This document shows positions 8,969 to 19,617 of a stretch of DNA of 64,000 bases, in pieces (within the stretch, counting starts at the first letter, position 1; each line of letters begins with the position of its first letter). Source of the DNA: Bdellovibrionales bacterium (GTDB taxonomy: Bacteria; Bdellovibrionota; UBA1018; CAIMNF01). The position numbers and the translations under genes are program-made. The DNA lies in assembly GCA_947372355.1 (NCBI GenBank), contig CANBTI010000007.1, forward strand, positions 1,010 to 65,009. Direction: 5' to 3'. Under the pieces are notes generated by a model. The model was not told the DNA's origin. It saw only the letters and a list, made by a program, of their open reading frames with translations, and ran no database searches.

Positions 8969-10756
8969 TTAGTTCTTTGCTACCACTGGTGGTTGTTCAA
9001 TTTTTAGATATTTATATTTATTTGGTATCGTTTCAATCGCACGGTAATTCTTCACGTAACCTTGGCGCAAACGATACACTTTAGAATAAAAGCCATAAGC
9101 CCATGGAGTTTCTTCTTGAATAATGTTTTCCATTTGCTGAACTAGTTCCGCACGCCCCTTAGCGGCCACCGGCATTCCAGATACTTTTTTGTATAAAGCA
9201 TCATATTCCGCATTTTCAAACATCGCTTCATTTGGACCAGGTGATTTATTCGCTCCAAACAGAAGTTGGTATCCATTCTCAACATCTGGATAATCAAAAC
9301 TCCAAGAGCCTAATGAAATTTGTAAATTACCTTGTTTTGCTTTTTCTAGGTAAGCTGGAAAGGTATTTAAAATCACATTTACCTTGATTCCAACCGCACC
9401 GAACTGCTCCACAAAGAACTCTCCTAGCTGACGATAGCGTGTTTCTGCTCCACGGAAATCAAAGTTCAATACTGGCAAGCCTTTTCCTTCTGGATATCCT
9501 GCTTTTACTAAAAGCTCTTTAGCTTTAGCGATATTGAAATCATATTTGATTCCTTTACTTTTTACTCGATCCGCTAACCCAGGAGGAGATAATTGATCTG
9601 CTTTTGTTGCTCTAAACTTTTCAAAGGTATCAATCCATTTATCTCGATCAATCACTGATGAAATAGCCTGACGAAGATACTTGTTTGAAACAATTTTATC
9701 TTTCATGTTGAACGAAATATAGGACATCACTAGTGAGTCTTCATATTCAGGTTGGGCACCCTTTTTAGATAACTCTGCTTTAATATGAGTGGCATCATCC
9801 ATCGAAGCTCTGAAGCTATCTTTAGTCAGTTCAAAAACATCAATTTCACCACTTTCGAATTTAAGCAGTCTAGGTTGATCTTCCTTGATGATATCAAATT
9901 GAAGCGCACTTAAGAATGGAAGCGCTTTACCAGCATCCACCAAATATCCTGCATCGTTTAATTTTTTTGAACTAGAAACGCTTGGATAACTTTCTTTGTA
10001 GTTTAGATTTTTCTCTAAATATAAACCCTGACTTGTCTTCCAAGATTTCAGCACATACGGACCAGTACCCACTGGGTGATCGCGTAAGTTTCCATCAGTA
10101 TCTGCATAAGCATCCAACGCTTCTCTTGGAACCGGAGCGGTAAATGGCATTGCTAAAATATAATTCAAAGTCGGATATGCTTGAATGAGTTTAAATTCAA
10201 GAGTGTAATCATCCTTTGCAGCAAATCCCTCTATCGGCTCTTCAAATGCTTTTTTAAATTCTTCACCCTTTAAGCCCTGTAGTTTTTTCTCAAACTCACT
10301 GAATCCAACCACTTTTCCTTCGAAAATCCATGAACCTTGTGACTGAAGGGAAGGAATCGCCAATCGTTTAAACTCTAAGATAAAATCTTGTGCTTTTAAT
10401 TCGCGACCTTTGCCTGCTGTCGCCTTAAATGCAGCATCATCAGCATACATCACTCCTTTTTTAATTTTGATGGTTACCGTTTTTCCATCTTTCGAATAAA
10501 TAGGCATCGATTCAGCAAGCAATGGTTCTAGCACCGCTTGATCTTCCAGATATTTATATTGGAGTAAGGTATCCACAATGTTGGGAAGAACATCCCAACT
10601 GACAGAATCATAGGCATTGGCAGGATCGAGTGTTTTCACATCATCCTTTAATGCAATCCTTAATACATTCGTTTGAATTGCTGTTTTTTTAGTACAAGCC
10701 GTACCACCAACAATCATTAACATTAAAACAAGGCTCGTAAGCCCACTCTTTTTCAT
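8969..10756 (-). CDS. ABC transporter substrate-binding lipoprotein, family 5 (OppA/DppA-like)
   Basis: Lipobox GTAC from ATG 10756; TLDPA, LLQY, EPLLAESMP, PVGTGPYVLKSW, YLRQAIS, W..DYPD. ORF-track start 10903 is probably too early. Confidence 0.9.
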   Translation of the reverse strand: MKKSGLTSLVLMLMIVGGTACTKKTAIQTNVLRIALKDDVKTLDPANAYDSVSWDVLPNIVDTLLQYKYLEDQAVLEPLLAESMPIYSKDGKTVTIKIKKGVMYADDAAFKATAGKGRELKAQDFILEFKRLAIPSLQSQGSWIFEGKVVGFSEFEKKLQGLKGEEFKKAFEEPIEGFAAKDDYTLEFKLIQAYPTLNYILAMPFTAPVPREALDAYADTDGNLRDHPVGTGPYVLKSWKTSQGLYLEKNLNYKESYPSVSSSKKLNDAGYLVDAGKALPFLSALQFDIIKEDQPRLLKFESGEIDVFELTKDSFRASMDDATHIKAELSKKGAQPEYEDSLVMSYISFNMKDKIVSNKYLRQAISSVIDRDKWIDTFEKFRATKADQLSPPGLADRVKSKGIKYDFNIAKAKELLVKAGYPEGKGLPVLNFDFRGAETRYRQLGEFFVEQFGAVGIKVNVILNTFPAYLEKAKQGNLQISLGSWSFDYPDVENGYQLLFGANKSPGPNEAMFENAEYDALYKKVSGMPVAAKGRAELVQQMENIIQEETPWAYGFYSKVYRLRQGYVKNYRAIETIPNKYKYLKIEQPPVVAKN

Positions 10757-10938
10757 ACTTTCATCCCCCATGAATATTTTTCGAAACCGAAGTAAATATT
10801 CAAAAGCAATCAAAGTGCCAAAGTTGTTAGAAATTAAAAGCAATACTATTAGATAGTTTGCGATGCGACAAAAAACAAAACTATTCATGGAGTCATAGTG
10901 CACCCACGAAATAATATAGTGAAAAGGATTAAAACCGT

Positions 10939-13620
10939 TTAATTTGCGCTGATTTTACCAAGCACAAATTTCTTTGCCGCAAGGATTGCATCACTCAAAC
11001 CAGCACTATTGGTTCCACCCGCTTGTGCAAAATCAGGTTTTCCGCCACCCTTGCCGCCGAACTTTTCCGCGCTAGCCTTAATCACATCTCCAGCAGCGAT
11101 TCCCTTCACGGCAGATCCAACAGCAACTACCAAGAAAGGTTTTCCACTTTCCGATTCTTTCACTGCTAAAATTGCTACCATTGAAGAATCTTTTTGCTTT
11201 AAGCGATCGGCCATTTCGCGGAGTTTTTTCATTCCATCAGAAGAATCGCTTACGATTCCGCTAATTAACTTAATGCCTGAATGAGATTCAGCCGATGCCA
11301 TTAAAGACTCAATTTCAATTCCTTGTTCAGCTGCTTGAAGTTTTTCAATTTGCTTACGCAACTCTCTCTCTTCATTAAACAAGCGATCAATTTTGTTTGG
11401 AATTTCATCTACAGTAGATGCCTTAATTTGATCCCGAACCTGTTTCAGTTTTTCATCTTGTTTTCTAAGGTATTCAAATGCGCCTTTCGAAGTAAATGCA
11501 ATGATTCTTCGAACACCCGCCGCGATCCCCGCTTCAGAAGATATTTTAAAAAGGTGAATCTCTGAACTTTGATCCACATGAGTTCCGCCACACAATTCAG
11601 TGGAATAATCTCCCACTTGAATCACGCGAACTTCATTTCCGTATTTTTCGCCAAAAAATGCAATCGCACCTGCACTGATGGCTTGGTCTTTACTCATCAC
11701 TTGTTTTTTTACAACGTTGCCCTGCCAAATTTTTTCATTGATAATGTTTTCAACACGAATTAACTCCTCTGGCTTCATCGCCTCAAAGTGAGAGAAATCA
11801 AAACGCAAAAGTTCTGGGGTTACCAAAGATCCAGCCTGTTTCACGTGATCACCAAGTACACTTCTGAGCGCCCATTGAAGCATATGAGTGGCTGTGTGAT
11901 TTCTAGCCGTGAATCCACGAATCTCATCATTCACTTTTTGAACAACTTGATCACCAACTTTTAATACACCTTTTTTAACTTTTAAGTGTGCAACAAATAG
12001 TTCCGGCAATGGTTTTTGAACATCCAACACCTCAGCTTCAAAATCACCCTTGAGTGATTTTACGCTGCCGCGATCACCACTTTGTCCGCCGGATTCTCCG
12101 TAAAATGGAGTTTTAGAAAAGATAGCAAGAACTACATCTCCATGCTCCTCTGATGTGGACGGAGCTACGAATAATGTTTCACCCTCAGAGGATAAGTGCT
12201 CATAACCCACAAAAACAGGGAGTTTATTTGATTTTTTAAGTTGATCTACTACTTGGAACCATTGCTCATCGAGAACTTGATCGCCGGTTCCCTTCCAATG
12301 CTTGCGTGATTCCTCTCGTTGTTTTTCCATCGCTGATTCAAAGCCTGCTTCATCCACTTGAAGATTTCGTTCTTCACAAATAGTACGAGTCAGATCGACG
12401 GGAAACCCGAAAGTATCATAAAGAGTGAAAGCAACGGAACCGGGGAGAATTTTTTTAGTTCCTAATTTTGCTAACTCCTCATCCAATAAACCTAGACCAC
12501 GATCTAAGGTTTTAAAGAATTGCTCTTCTTCAGCGAGAACGGCTCTTTCAATAAATGCACGTTTATCAATCAAATCAGGATAAGCGCCCTTCATTTGATC
12601 GATTACAAAACCACAGGTTTTATGCATAAATGGGCCAGTAAAACCAAGTTTTCTACCATGTCGAATGGCTCTACGCATGATTCGACGAAGAACATAACCA
12701 CGACCTTCGTTCGAAGGAAGTACACCATCGCCCACTAAAAAAGTTGCGGCGCGAGAGTGGTCCGCAATCACTCGAAATGAAAACACCGACTCATCGGTTT
12801 TGTTGTTCACCATTAATTTTGGGTTATATGGTTTTCCTACCAGTTGTGAAATTTTCTCAATGATGTCTTTAAATAAATCGATATCATAATTGGTTTCCAC
12901 ATCTTGAAGGAGCATACAAATGCGCTCTAATCCTGCACCGGTATCTACCGATGGTTTTGGAAGAGGATTCATTTTACCTGAACTGTCGCGATCATATTGC
13001 ATGAAAACTAAGTTCCAAAACTCAATGTAACGATCTTCACCCGCATCAACACTTTTTCTAAAATCATCTCCGCCGTATTTTGCGCCACGATCGAAATAAA
13101 TTTCAGTACAAGGACCACAAGGACCTGTATCACCCATAGACCAAAAATTATCTTTTTCACCAAAACGATAGAGGCGGTTCATCGCCACACCTTCTTGTTT
13201 ATGCCATATTTGCTCAGCTTCATCGTCTTTTTCAAATACGGTGACGTACAATCGATCCACTGGAAATTTCAATTCCTTCGTAATGAATTCCCAAGCAAAG
13301 TGAATGGCTTCTTTTTTAAAGTAATCACCGAAGGAAAAGTTTCCAAGCATTTCAAAAAAAGTGTGATGTCTTGCTGTAAAGCCTACATTTTCAAGATCGT
13401 TATGCTTTCCACCTGCTCGAACACACTTTTGTGAAGTAGATGCTCTGGTATATGGACGAGGATCTTTCCCTAAAAATACATCTTTAAATTGAACCATTCC
13501 TGCGGTGGTAAAGAGTAGGGTTGGATCATTGGATGGAACCAATGATGAACTTTCAACAATGGTGTGTCCGTTTTTTTTAAAGTAATCTAAAAAATTTTTT
13601 CTAATTTCTGCGCCGTTCAT
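10939..13620 (-). CDS. alaS: Alanine--tRNA ligase
   Basis: DPTLLFTTAGMVQFK, RHHTFFEMLGNFSFGDYFK, NHTATH, ELCGGTHV, GGKGGGKPDFAQAGG. Confidence 0.99.
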   Translation of the reverse strand: MNGAEIRKNFLDYFKKNGHTIVESSSLVPSNDPTLLFTTAGMVQFKDVFLGKDPRPYTRASTSQKCVRAGGKHNDLENVGFTARHHTFFEMLGNFSFGDYFKKEAIHFAWEFITKELKFPVDRLYVTVFEKDDEAEQIWHKQEGVAMNRLYRFGEKDNFWSMGDTGPCGPCTEIYFDRGAKYGGDDFRKSVDAGEDRYIEFWNLVFMQYDRDSSGKMNPLPKPSVDTGAGLERICMLLQDVETNYDIDLFKDIIEKISQLVGKPYNPKLMVNNKTDESVFSFRVIADHSRAATFLVGDGVLPSNEGRGYVLRRIMRRAIRHGRKLGFTGPFMHKTCGFVIDQMKGAYPDLIDKRAFIERAVLAEEEQFFKTLDRGLGLLDEELAKLGTKKILPGSVAFTLYDTFGFPVDLTRTICEERNLQVDEAGFESAMEKQREESRKHWKGTGDQVLDEQWFQVVDQLKKSNKLPVFVGYEHLSSEGETLFVAPSTSEEHGDVVLAIFSKTPFYGESGGQSGDRGSVKSLKGDFEAEVLDVQKPLPELFVAHLKVKKGVLKVGDQVVQKVNDEIRGFTARNHTATHMLQWALRSVLGDHVKQAGSLVTPELLRFDFSHFEAMKPEELIRVENIINEKIWQGNVVKKQVMSKDQAISAGAIAFFGEKYGNEVRVIQVGDYSTELCGGTHVDQSSEIHLFKISSEAGIAAGVRRIIAFTSKGAFEYLRKQDEKLKQVRDQIKASTVDEIPNKIDRLFNEERELRKQIEKLQAAEQGIEIESLMASAESHSGIKLISGIVSDSSDGMKKLREMADRLKQKDSSMVAILAVKESESGKPFLVVAVGSAVKGIAAGDVIKASAEKFGGKGGGKPDFAQAGGTNSAGLSDAILAAKKFVLGKISAN

Positions 13621-13646
13621 AGTGGAATTAGTTTACACTAGAGAAG

Positions 13647-14120
13647 ATGACTACTCTACCGACTTCTGCACTGATGATTCACTTCAAAGACTATGAACAG
13701 TATCATGGTCACAAAAGTAACAAAGCGTGTCACTATATTGGGGTTCCAACTGTGATGTTTAGTCTGATCGGCCTGCTCAGCTATGTGATTCTATGGGCAC
13801 CCTCTCTAGATTTTGGAATCGAATCACTATTTAGAATTGATCTGGGTATTTTAGTTTGTCTTTGGGGTTGTATTTTTGCATTCAGGGTTGATCGAAAACT
13901 CTCCATCCCCTTCACCCTGTTTATCTACCTCAACTACCTCATTTCTAGACACCTATCCATTGGAACTCTAGTTGCGATTCAAATCGTAGGATGGGTTTTT
14001 CAGTTGGTTGGCCATTATGTTTACGAAAAAAAATCTCCTGCATTTCTCACCACACTTTCACATCTTTTTGTTGGTCCGATGTGGATTTTTGCAAAATTGA
14101 TTGGTTACTATAAAGCATGA
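13647..14120 (+). CDS. Mpo1-like (DUF962) membrane protein
   Basis: Y..YH....N...HYIGVP, GWVFQLVGHYVYEKKSPAF, GPMW. Confidence 0.88.
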   Translation: MTTLPTSALMIHFKDYEQYHGHKSNKACHYIGVPTVMFSLIGLLSYVILWAPSLDFGIESLFRIDLGILVCLWGCIFAFRVDRKLSIPFTLFIYLNYLISRHLSIGTLVAIQIVGWVFQLVGHYVYEKKSPAFLTTLSHLFVGPMWIFAKLIGYYKA

Positions 14121-15070
14121 AATTACTCCTCATTACTCTTTTTACACTTTCTATTTCGGCTTGTGATTTTTCCTGTAAACCGAAAAAAACAGAATTAGCA
14201 GCGCCCCTTTTTAACGCTGATTATGCTTTTGAAAAAATCTTACAATATGAAAAACTTGGTCCTAAAGTTCCAGGCACTCCAGAACACCTAAAAGCCGGGG
14301 ATTGGATTGTTGCAGAACTCAAAGCACTGGGCATAGAAGCGCATGAACAAAAGGCGGAAGCCATTAACTTTGATGGCAATAAAATTCCAGTTAGAAACAT
14401 TATTGCGAGTTTTCGTCCTGAGTTGAAAAAAAGAATTCTTCTCTCTGCACATTGGGACAATCGCCCCTTTGCCGATCAAGATCATCGTGATCAAAAAAAG
14501 CCAATATTAGGCGTAAATGACGGCGGAAGTGGCGTAGCCGTTTTAATGGGAATTGCGAAAGCGATCTCGACCAGCAATTCCTTTAAATCGATCAACACAG
14601 GAGTTGATTTTGCATTTTGGGACGCTGAGGATTGGGGTAACCCATCCAAAGCAGACAGCTATTGTTTGGGCTCACAATATTGGGCTAAAAAACCAATCCC
14701 AGAAAACTATAAAGCCGAATTTGGAATTAATTACGACATGGTGGGAAGAATCGGATCCGTTTTTCCAATCGAAAACTATTCGCTTGAACATGCAGGATCA
14801 GTGATAAAAAAACTCAAGGAAGCAGCAAAAAAAATTGGCTACCAAGATTTTTTTCCTGACTACCGAATCGGTCCAATTGTTGACGATCATTATTTTGTAA
14901 CTGAAGGCTTGGGCATCCCTATGGTGGATCTTATCTATATGACACCCGAAGGTAGATTTCCTCCCGAGTGGCACACTCATGACGATACTTCTGAGTTTAT
15001 TTCACGCGATGTGATGAAGGTGGTTGGACAAACCACAATTCAAACGATTTTAGATTTTGACGGCGAATAA
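14117..15070 (+). CDS. M28-family Zn enzyme, glutaminyl cyclase-like lipoprotein
   Basis: Lipobox ISAC; [51 protein letters not shown]. Confidence 0.8.
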   Translation: MKLLLITLFTLSISACDFSCKPKKTELAAPLFNADYAFEKILQYEKLGPKVPGTPEHLKAGDWIVAELKALGIEAHEQKAEAINFDGNKIPVRNIIASFRPELKKRILLSAHWDNRPFADQDHRDQKKPILGVNDGGSGVAVLMGIAKAISTSNSFKSINTGVDFAFWDAEDWGNPSKADSYCLGSQYWAKKPIPENYKAEFGINYDMVGRIGSVFPIENYSLEHAGSVIKKLKEAAKKIGYQDFFPDYRIGPIVDDHYFVTEGLGIPMVDLIYMTPEGRFPPEWHTHDDTSEFISRDVMKVVGQTTIQTILDFDGE

Positions 15071-15111
15071 TTGTTTTTCATTTCAAGCTTTTAGGCTATT
15101 CTGCTGGGTAT

Positions 15112-16467
15112 ATGAGCGAAAACATTACTCCCGCACCAGTTGAATCAAAAGAACTCACTTCCTTTGCAGATCTCGTTTCACTTTGTAAACGTCGAGGTTT
15201 TATTTTTCCTTCATCGGAAATTTATGGAGGAATTGGATCTTGCTGGGATTACGGCCCGCTCGGAGTGGAGTTAAAACTCAATATTAAGAATTCATGGTGG
15301 AAAGCGATGACCGATCGTGAAGATGTTGAAGGATTAGATGCATCTATTCTTATGCATCCTCGAACCTGGGAAGCATCTGGGCACGTGGAAGGTTTCGTAG
15401 ACCCACTTGTAGATTGTAAAAACTGTAAGGCGCGTTTTCGTGCAGACAAAATGGATGAAGCGCAACTCAAGGCGGGCGAATGTCCAACTTGTGGGAAAAA
15501 AGGAACACTCACAGAGCCTCGTAACTTTAACCTCATGTTTAAAACACATATGGGTCCGCTTGAAGAATCAGCAAGCATCGTTTATTTGAGACCAGAAACT
15601 GCACAAGGAATTTTTGTTAACTTTGAAAATGTTCAGCAAAGTGCTCGTCAAAAAGTTCCTTTTGGAATTGCACAAATTGGGAAAGCATTTCGAAATGAAA
15701 TCACTCCTGGTAATTTTATTTTTAGAACTCGCGAATTTGAACAAATGGAAATGCAATATTTTGTAAAACCTGGAACCGATATGGAATGGTTTGAAAAATG
15801 GAAAGAGATCCGTTTGAATTGGCATTTAGGCAATGGGCTTCGTCGTAAAAAACTTCAGTTTCACACCCATGGACCAACCGAACTAGCGCACTATGCCCGC
15901 GCAGCATTTGATGTTGAATATGAATTCCCTATCGGATGGCAAGAAATTGAAGGAATTCACAATCGTTCAGATTTCGATTTACGCCGCCATCAAGAATTCT
16001 CTAAGAAAAAATTAGAATACTTTGAAGAGTCTACAAAAGAACGATATTTGCCATTTGTCATTGAGACATCAGTGGGATGTGATCGCGCACTGTTAGCAAT
16101 ATTATGTGATTCCTACCGTGTTGAAGGTGATCGAACAGTTTTAAAACTCCATCCAAAACTCGCTCCCTATAAAGTAGCGGTGTTTCCTCTCATGAAAAAA
16201 CCAGAGTTATTGGAAATGACGGATAAAGTATTTAACACGTTAAAGAAAAACTTTAGAACTACATACGATGAAAGTGGAACCATTGGTAAGCGCTATCGCA
16301 GACAAGACGAAATCGGAACTCCTTATTGCGTCACCATTGATTACGATGGAGTTGCAGACAATACCGTTACCGTACGTGAACGCGATGGCATGACCCAACA
16401 ACGCATCAGCGCTGATCAATTAGTAAATTATATTAATGATCAAATGCTGGCATGGAAATCAGAGTAG
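15112..16467 (+). CDS. glyQS: Glycine--tRNA ligase, homodimeric (alpha2) type
   Basis: [71 protein letters not shown]. Confidence 0.97.
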   Translation: MSENITPAPVESKELTSFADLVSLCKRRGFIFPSSEIYGGIGSCWDYGPLGVELKLNIKNSWWKAMTDREDVEGLDASILMHPRTWEASGHVEGFVDPLVDCKNCKARFRADKMDEAQLKAGECPTCGKKGTLTEPRNFNLMFKTHMGPLEESASIVYLRPETAQGIFVNFENVQQSARQKVPFGIAQIGKAFRNEITPGNFIFRTREFEQMEMQYFVKPGTDMEWFEKWKEIRLNWHLGNGLRRKKLQFHTHGPTELAHYARAAFDVEYEFPIGWQEIEGIHNRSDFDLRRHQEFSKKKLEYFEESTKERYLPFVIETSVGCDRALLAILCDSYRVEGDRTVLKLHPKLAPYKVAVFPLMKKPELLEMTDKVFNTLKKNFRTTYDESGTIGKRYRRQDEIGTPYCVTIDYDGVADNTVTVRERDGMTQQRISADQLVNYINDQMLAWKSE

Positions 16468-16470
16468 TAT

Positions 16471-17616
16471 TTACTTTTTGCTAGGACGCTTTCTCAACAC
16501 TCGATCAAACACTTGAATTAATTTTTGTGTTCGAGTGTTTCGATCATAATGTTCTCTTGCAAAATGAACCGCTCTTTTTCCCATTTGCTTGAGTTCTTCT
16601 GGATCTTCTAAAATCGAACGCAATTTTCTTTGCAAATCAAACGAATCACCTGAGCGCATTAAAAGTCCACCTCGAGAGTTTCCAATCCATTCTCCAGAGT
16701 CGGGACCATTTGCACAAATAATCGGTGTACCCATAGCAAGTGATTCTATGGCCTGTAAGCCAAACATCGCTTTGCTCGAAGGCATTACATATACATCCAA
16801 TGTACCTAAAACTTTAGGAACAGATTCCTGAAACGGCACTAAAATAATCTGATCTTGAAGATGAAATGTTCGAATTAAATCAATTAACTCTTCACTACCT
16901 TCATGATCGAAACCAACAATGACAAATTTCGTTCTTTTGGCTAACTCTTCGTTTCTTAAGAACGATGCTGCTGCCTTAATAAAAGCACTTTGAGCCTTTA
17001 CATATTCAGATGAAGCTATCATGCCCACCAAATAGCATTTTAGATCAATACCCCACTGATCTCTTAAAAAACTGAAATCAAAATGCTGGGGATTAAAAAT
17101 ATTAAAATCCAATCCTGGATGAACCACTCGAATTTTATGAACAAGAGAGGGTCGCATTTGCTGAATGCGTTTTTTTAGTGCAACTGAAGGAACAATGATT
17201 GCATCAATTCGGTAATAGAAAAATGATTGGATGAAATGCCAAATTGTTTTTCTTACTCGCGGACCTTCGCTGACCACTACAGAGACATTTCGATTACCAA
17301 GTAACCAAGGTAAAACGCTACCTAAATAATTTGAACCGAAAACATGAATAATATTTACACCGCGAAGGATTTCTTCATTCAAGAGCTCTTTGATGGTCCG
17401 ATCAAAATTTTCATTCGGCTTTTTATCTAAAGCAATAAATCGATTTTTACCAAACTGTTCAACTCTCATTTGAATCTGTGTGTTTTTCAAGCAAACAATT
17501 TTCCAATTCACTTCCTGAGAATTTAATTCAAAAATATCTTCTAAGGCTAATTGCTCATCTTCCCCGAATTCATCGCTGATATAAATGAATAAGATATTGG
17601 GAATGACTTTAGACAT
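16471..17616 (-). CDS. Glycosyltransferase family 4 (GT-B)
   Basis: DAIIVPS, VVHPGLD, LDVYVMPS…FGLQAIESLAMGTPII. Confidence 0.85.
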   Translation of the reverse strand: MSKVIPNILFIYISDEFGEDEQLALEDIFELNSQEVNWKIVCLKNTQIQMRVEQFGKNRFIALDKKPNENFDRTIKELLNEEILRGVNIIHVFGSNYLGSVLPWLLGNRNVSVVVSEGPRVRKTIWHFIQSFFYYRIDAIIVPSVALKKRIQQMRPSLVHKIRVVHPGLDFNIFNPQHFDFSFLRDQWGIDLKCYLVGMIASSEYVKAQSAFIKAAASFLRNEELAKRTKFVIVGFDHEGSEELIDLIRTFHLQDQIILVPFQESVPKVLGTLDVYVMPSSKAMFGLQAIESLAMGTPIICANGPDSGEWIGNSRGGLLMRSGDSFDLQRKLRSILEDPEELKQMGKRAVHFAREHYDRNTRTQKLIQVFDRVLRKRPSKK

Positions 17617-18637
17617 TCAATTCTCCATTTACTTCAGTCATCACTCTTGATGGTAAAATACCTTCATGGCACTGATTCATTCTTTGATCTTGAAACTGAC
17701 AAACATTTTTTTCGCATGGCCAACAATCAACACTAGAATTGGTAATTACCTTAACTGAACCGGGTCCTACGGGTTTGGTTCTTTTTGGATCTGCGGCACC
17801 ACAAACGATGAAAACCTTAGCGCCACAAAGTGAGGCGACGTGAGCTAAACCAGATTCATTACAAATGACGAATTGTGAATTTTGAAAAAGTTTCCAGAGA
17901 GAAGAAACACTGCCCTTACCCGTATAATCTAAAATCGGAATGTTTTTTCGAATAAACTCTTCAGCTATCGATTTTTCTGCTGTTCCGCCAACAATTACAG
18001 ATTTATATCCGTATTTAATTTCAATATTTTTAATCAAATCAGAAAAGTTCTGCGCACTCCATCTTCTTGAATCAGCAGTCGCACCAGGTGCGATGACCAC
18101 ATATCTTTCACGCGGAATTTCTTGGGGTATCACTTCTGGCCACTGCTTAAAAGGATCAAATTTTGTAAAATATTCCTTGGCAGAATCAAATTCTGAACCC
18201 CCAGAACGAACTAGATTAAAATAGGTATCGGCCCGATGAATCATGGGATCAGGATTCCACTTCACTTTTTCAGTAAGAAAATATCCTCTTAAATCAGTTT
18301 GATATCCTCGGATTGTTTTCACCTTTGCTAAATAGAACAAAAAAGCTGAACCAAACGAATTAGGAAGTAAATATCCTAAATCCCAAGGTCCCTTATCTCT
18401 TAACTCAGCTGCAATTCTTCGAATGCTTTGATAAGAGTTCCAAAGTGATTTTTTTTTAAATTTAGGCAAAATAAAAACTTCATCTACATATCCACGAAAC
18501 TGAATGTCTTTTACCCATTCAGTACAAACAACTCCGATCCAAGCTTGAGGATGATCTTTTCTGAGTTGACTATAAAAAGCATAAGCCATCACTTGATCAC
18601 CAATCCAATTTGGTGCTCTAACCAAAATTCTTTTCAT
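17609..18637 (-). CDS. waaF: LPS heptosyltransferase II (GT9)
   Basis: ILVRAPNWIGDQVMA, LLPNSFGSA, IAPGATADSRRW, CNESGLAHVA, DCWPC. Confidence 0.85.
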   Translation of the reverse strand: MKRILVRAPNWIGDQVMAYAFYSQLRKDHPQAWIGVVCTEWVKDIQFRGYVDEVFILPKFKKKSLWNSYQSIRRIAAELRDKGPWDLGYLLPNSFGSAFLFYLAKVKTIRGYQTDLRGYFLTEKVKWNPDPMIHRADTYFNLVRSGGSEFDSAKEYFTKFDPFKQWPEVIPQEIPRERYVVIAPGATADSRRWSAQNFSDLIKNIEIKYGYKSVIVGGTAEKSIAEEFIRKNIPILDYTGKGSVSSLWKLFQNSQFVICNESGLAHVASLCGAKVFIVCGAADPKRTKPVGPGSVKVITNSSVDCWPCEKNVCQFQDQRMNQCHEGILPSRVMTEVNGELNV

Positions 18638-19617
18638 AGAATGCGATCTAGGGCGATAGCAAAGGATCCCACTTTAACTTTTGCTTCAATCCTTAATAAA
18701 TATCGATGTTCATCATTTGAAATCCAAACGGTATTATCTTTGTTTTTTAACTCACCATTTTGAAAGTTTTCAACTCGATAAACGTTTGATTCAAAATCTT
18801 TACTGCCGATAGATATTTTTTCTTTTCGGTCAAACATCACTACCGATTCCCATTGCTTACCATCTAAAATAATAGGAATTCTAATCGATTCTCCCTTGTT
18901 TTGAGGAAGTTGCACCACTCTGATGTAGTATAAAAACGAAAGCGGATCTTGTGACCACAACTTAATGTCATTCTCTTCTTTCTTTTCTGAGAATCCTTTT
19001 TCGGTATGATCGATCCTATTCCAATAAAAGCTTTTTTTCTTTTCGTAATCGTATAGTTCAATTAACTTTCTTGATTGTTTTGACTCATCAAGATTCATAG
19101 TAAAACGATGAGAGTAAAGCCCATCATAATCAAAAAAACTTTCAATTAAATCATCCACTCGATAAACTAATTCGAAAAGTTTAACCGTTTTGGCATGGCC
19201 AGATAAATGGTATACTTTTCGATCATTCACTACTTTTTCAGGATAAACTTCCAAGTTAAAAGTAGCTGCAGTTACACCCACATATCTAATATCATAAAAA
19301 AGTCTCTCACCTGCCGCAAATGGCATTGGATCAATTCTTCTGCTCGGCGGAATCACTGGGGTTGGCTCTGGCACTATCACGCCCTTTTTAGATTTAATTT
19401 TTATTTTTGGTTTTACTATTTTTGCGATTAAATCTGGATTCGGTTTCGGAAGTTCACCGACGTCTTTAACTTCAAACTTTTCAGCTACCTCTTTTGGAAT
19501 TTCTTTTTCGATGTTTAATTCATCAAATTTTCTTAATCCGTTATTAGTTGAACAAGAGGTAATGAGGGCAACTAAACAAAATGGCGCTATAAGACTTCGT
19601 AAGTTAACATGATTCAT
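18634..19617 (-). CDS. DUF3108-like lipoprotein
   Basis: Lipobox ITSC; GERLFYDIRYVGVTA, QDPLSFLY, TVWISNDEHRYLLRIEAKVKVGS. Confidence 0.7.
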   Translation of the reverse strand: MNHVNLRSLIAPFCLVALITSCSTNNGLRKFDELNIEKEIPKEVAEKFEVKDVGELPKPNPDLIAKIVKPKIKIKSKKGVIVPEPTPVIPPSRRIDPMPFAAGERLFYDIRYVGVTAATFNLEVYPEKVVNDRKVYHLSGHAKTVKLFELVYRVDDLIESFFDYDGLYSHRFTMNLDESKQSRKLIELYDYEKKKSFYWNRIDHTEKGFSEKKEENDIKLWSQDPLSFLYYIRVVQLPQNKGESIRIPIILDGKQWESVVMFDRKEKISIGSKDFESNVYRVENFQNGELKNKDNTVWISNDEHRYLLRIEAKVKVGSFAIALDRIL

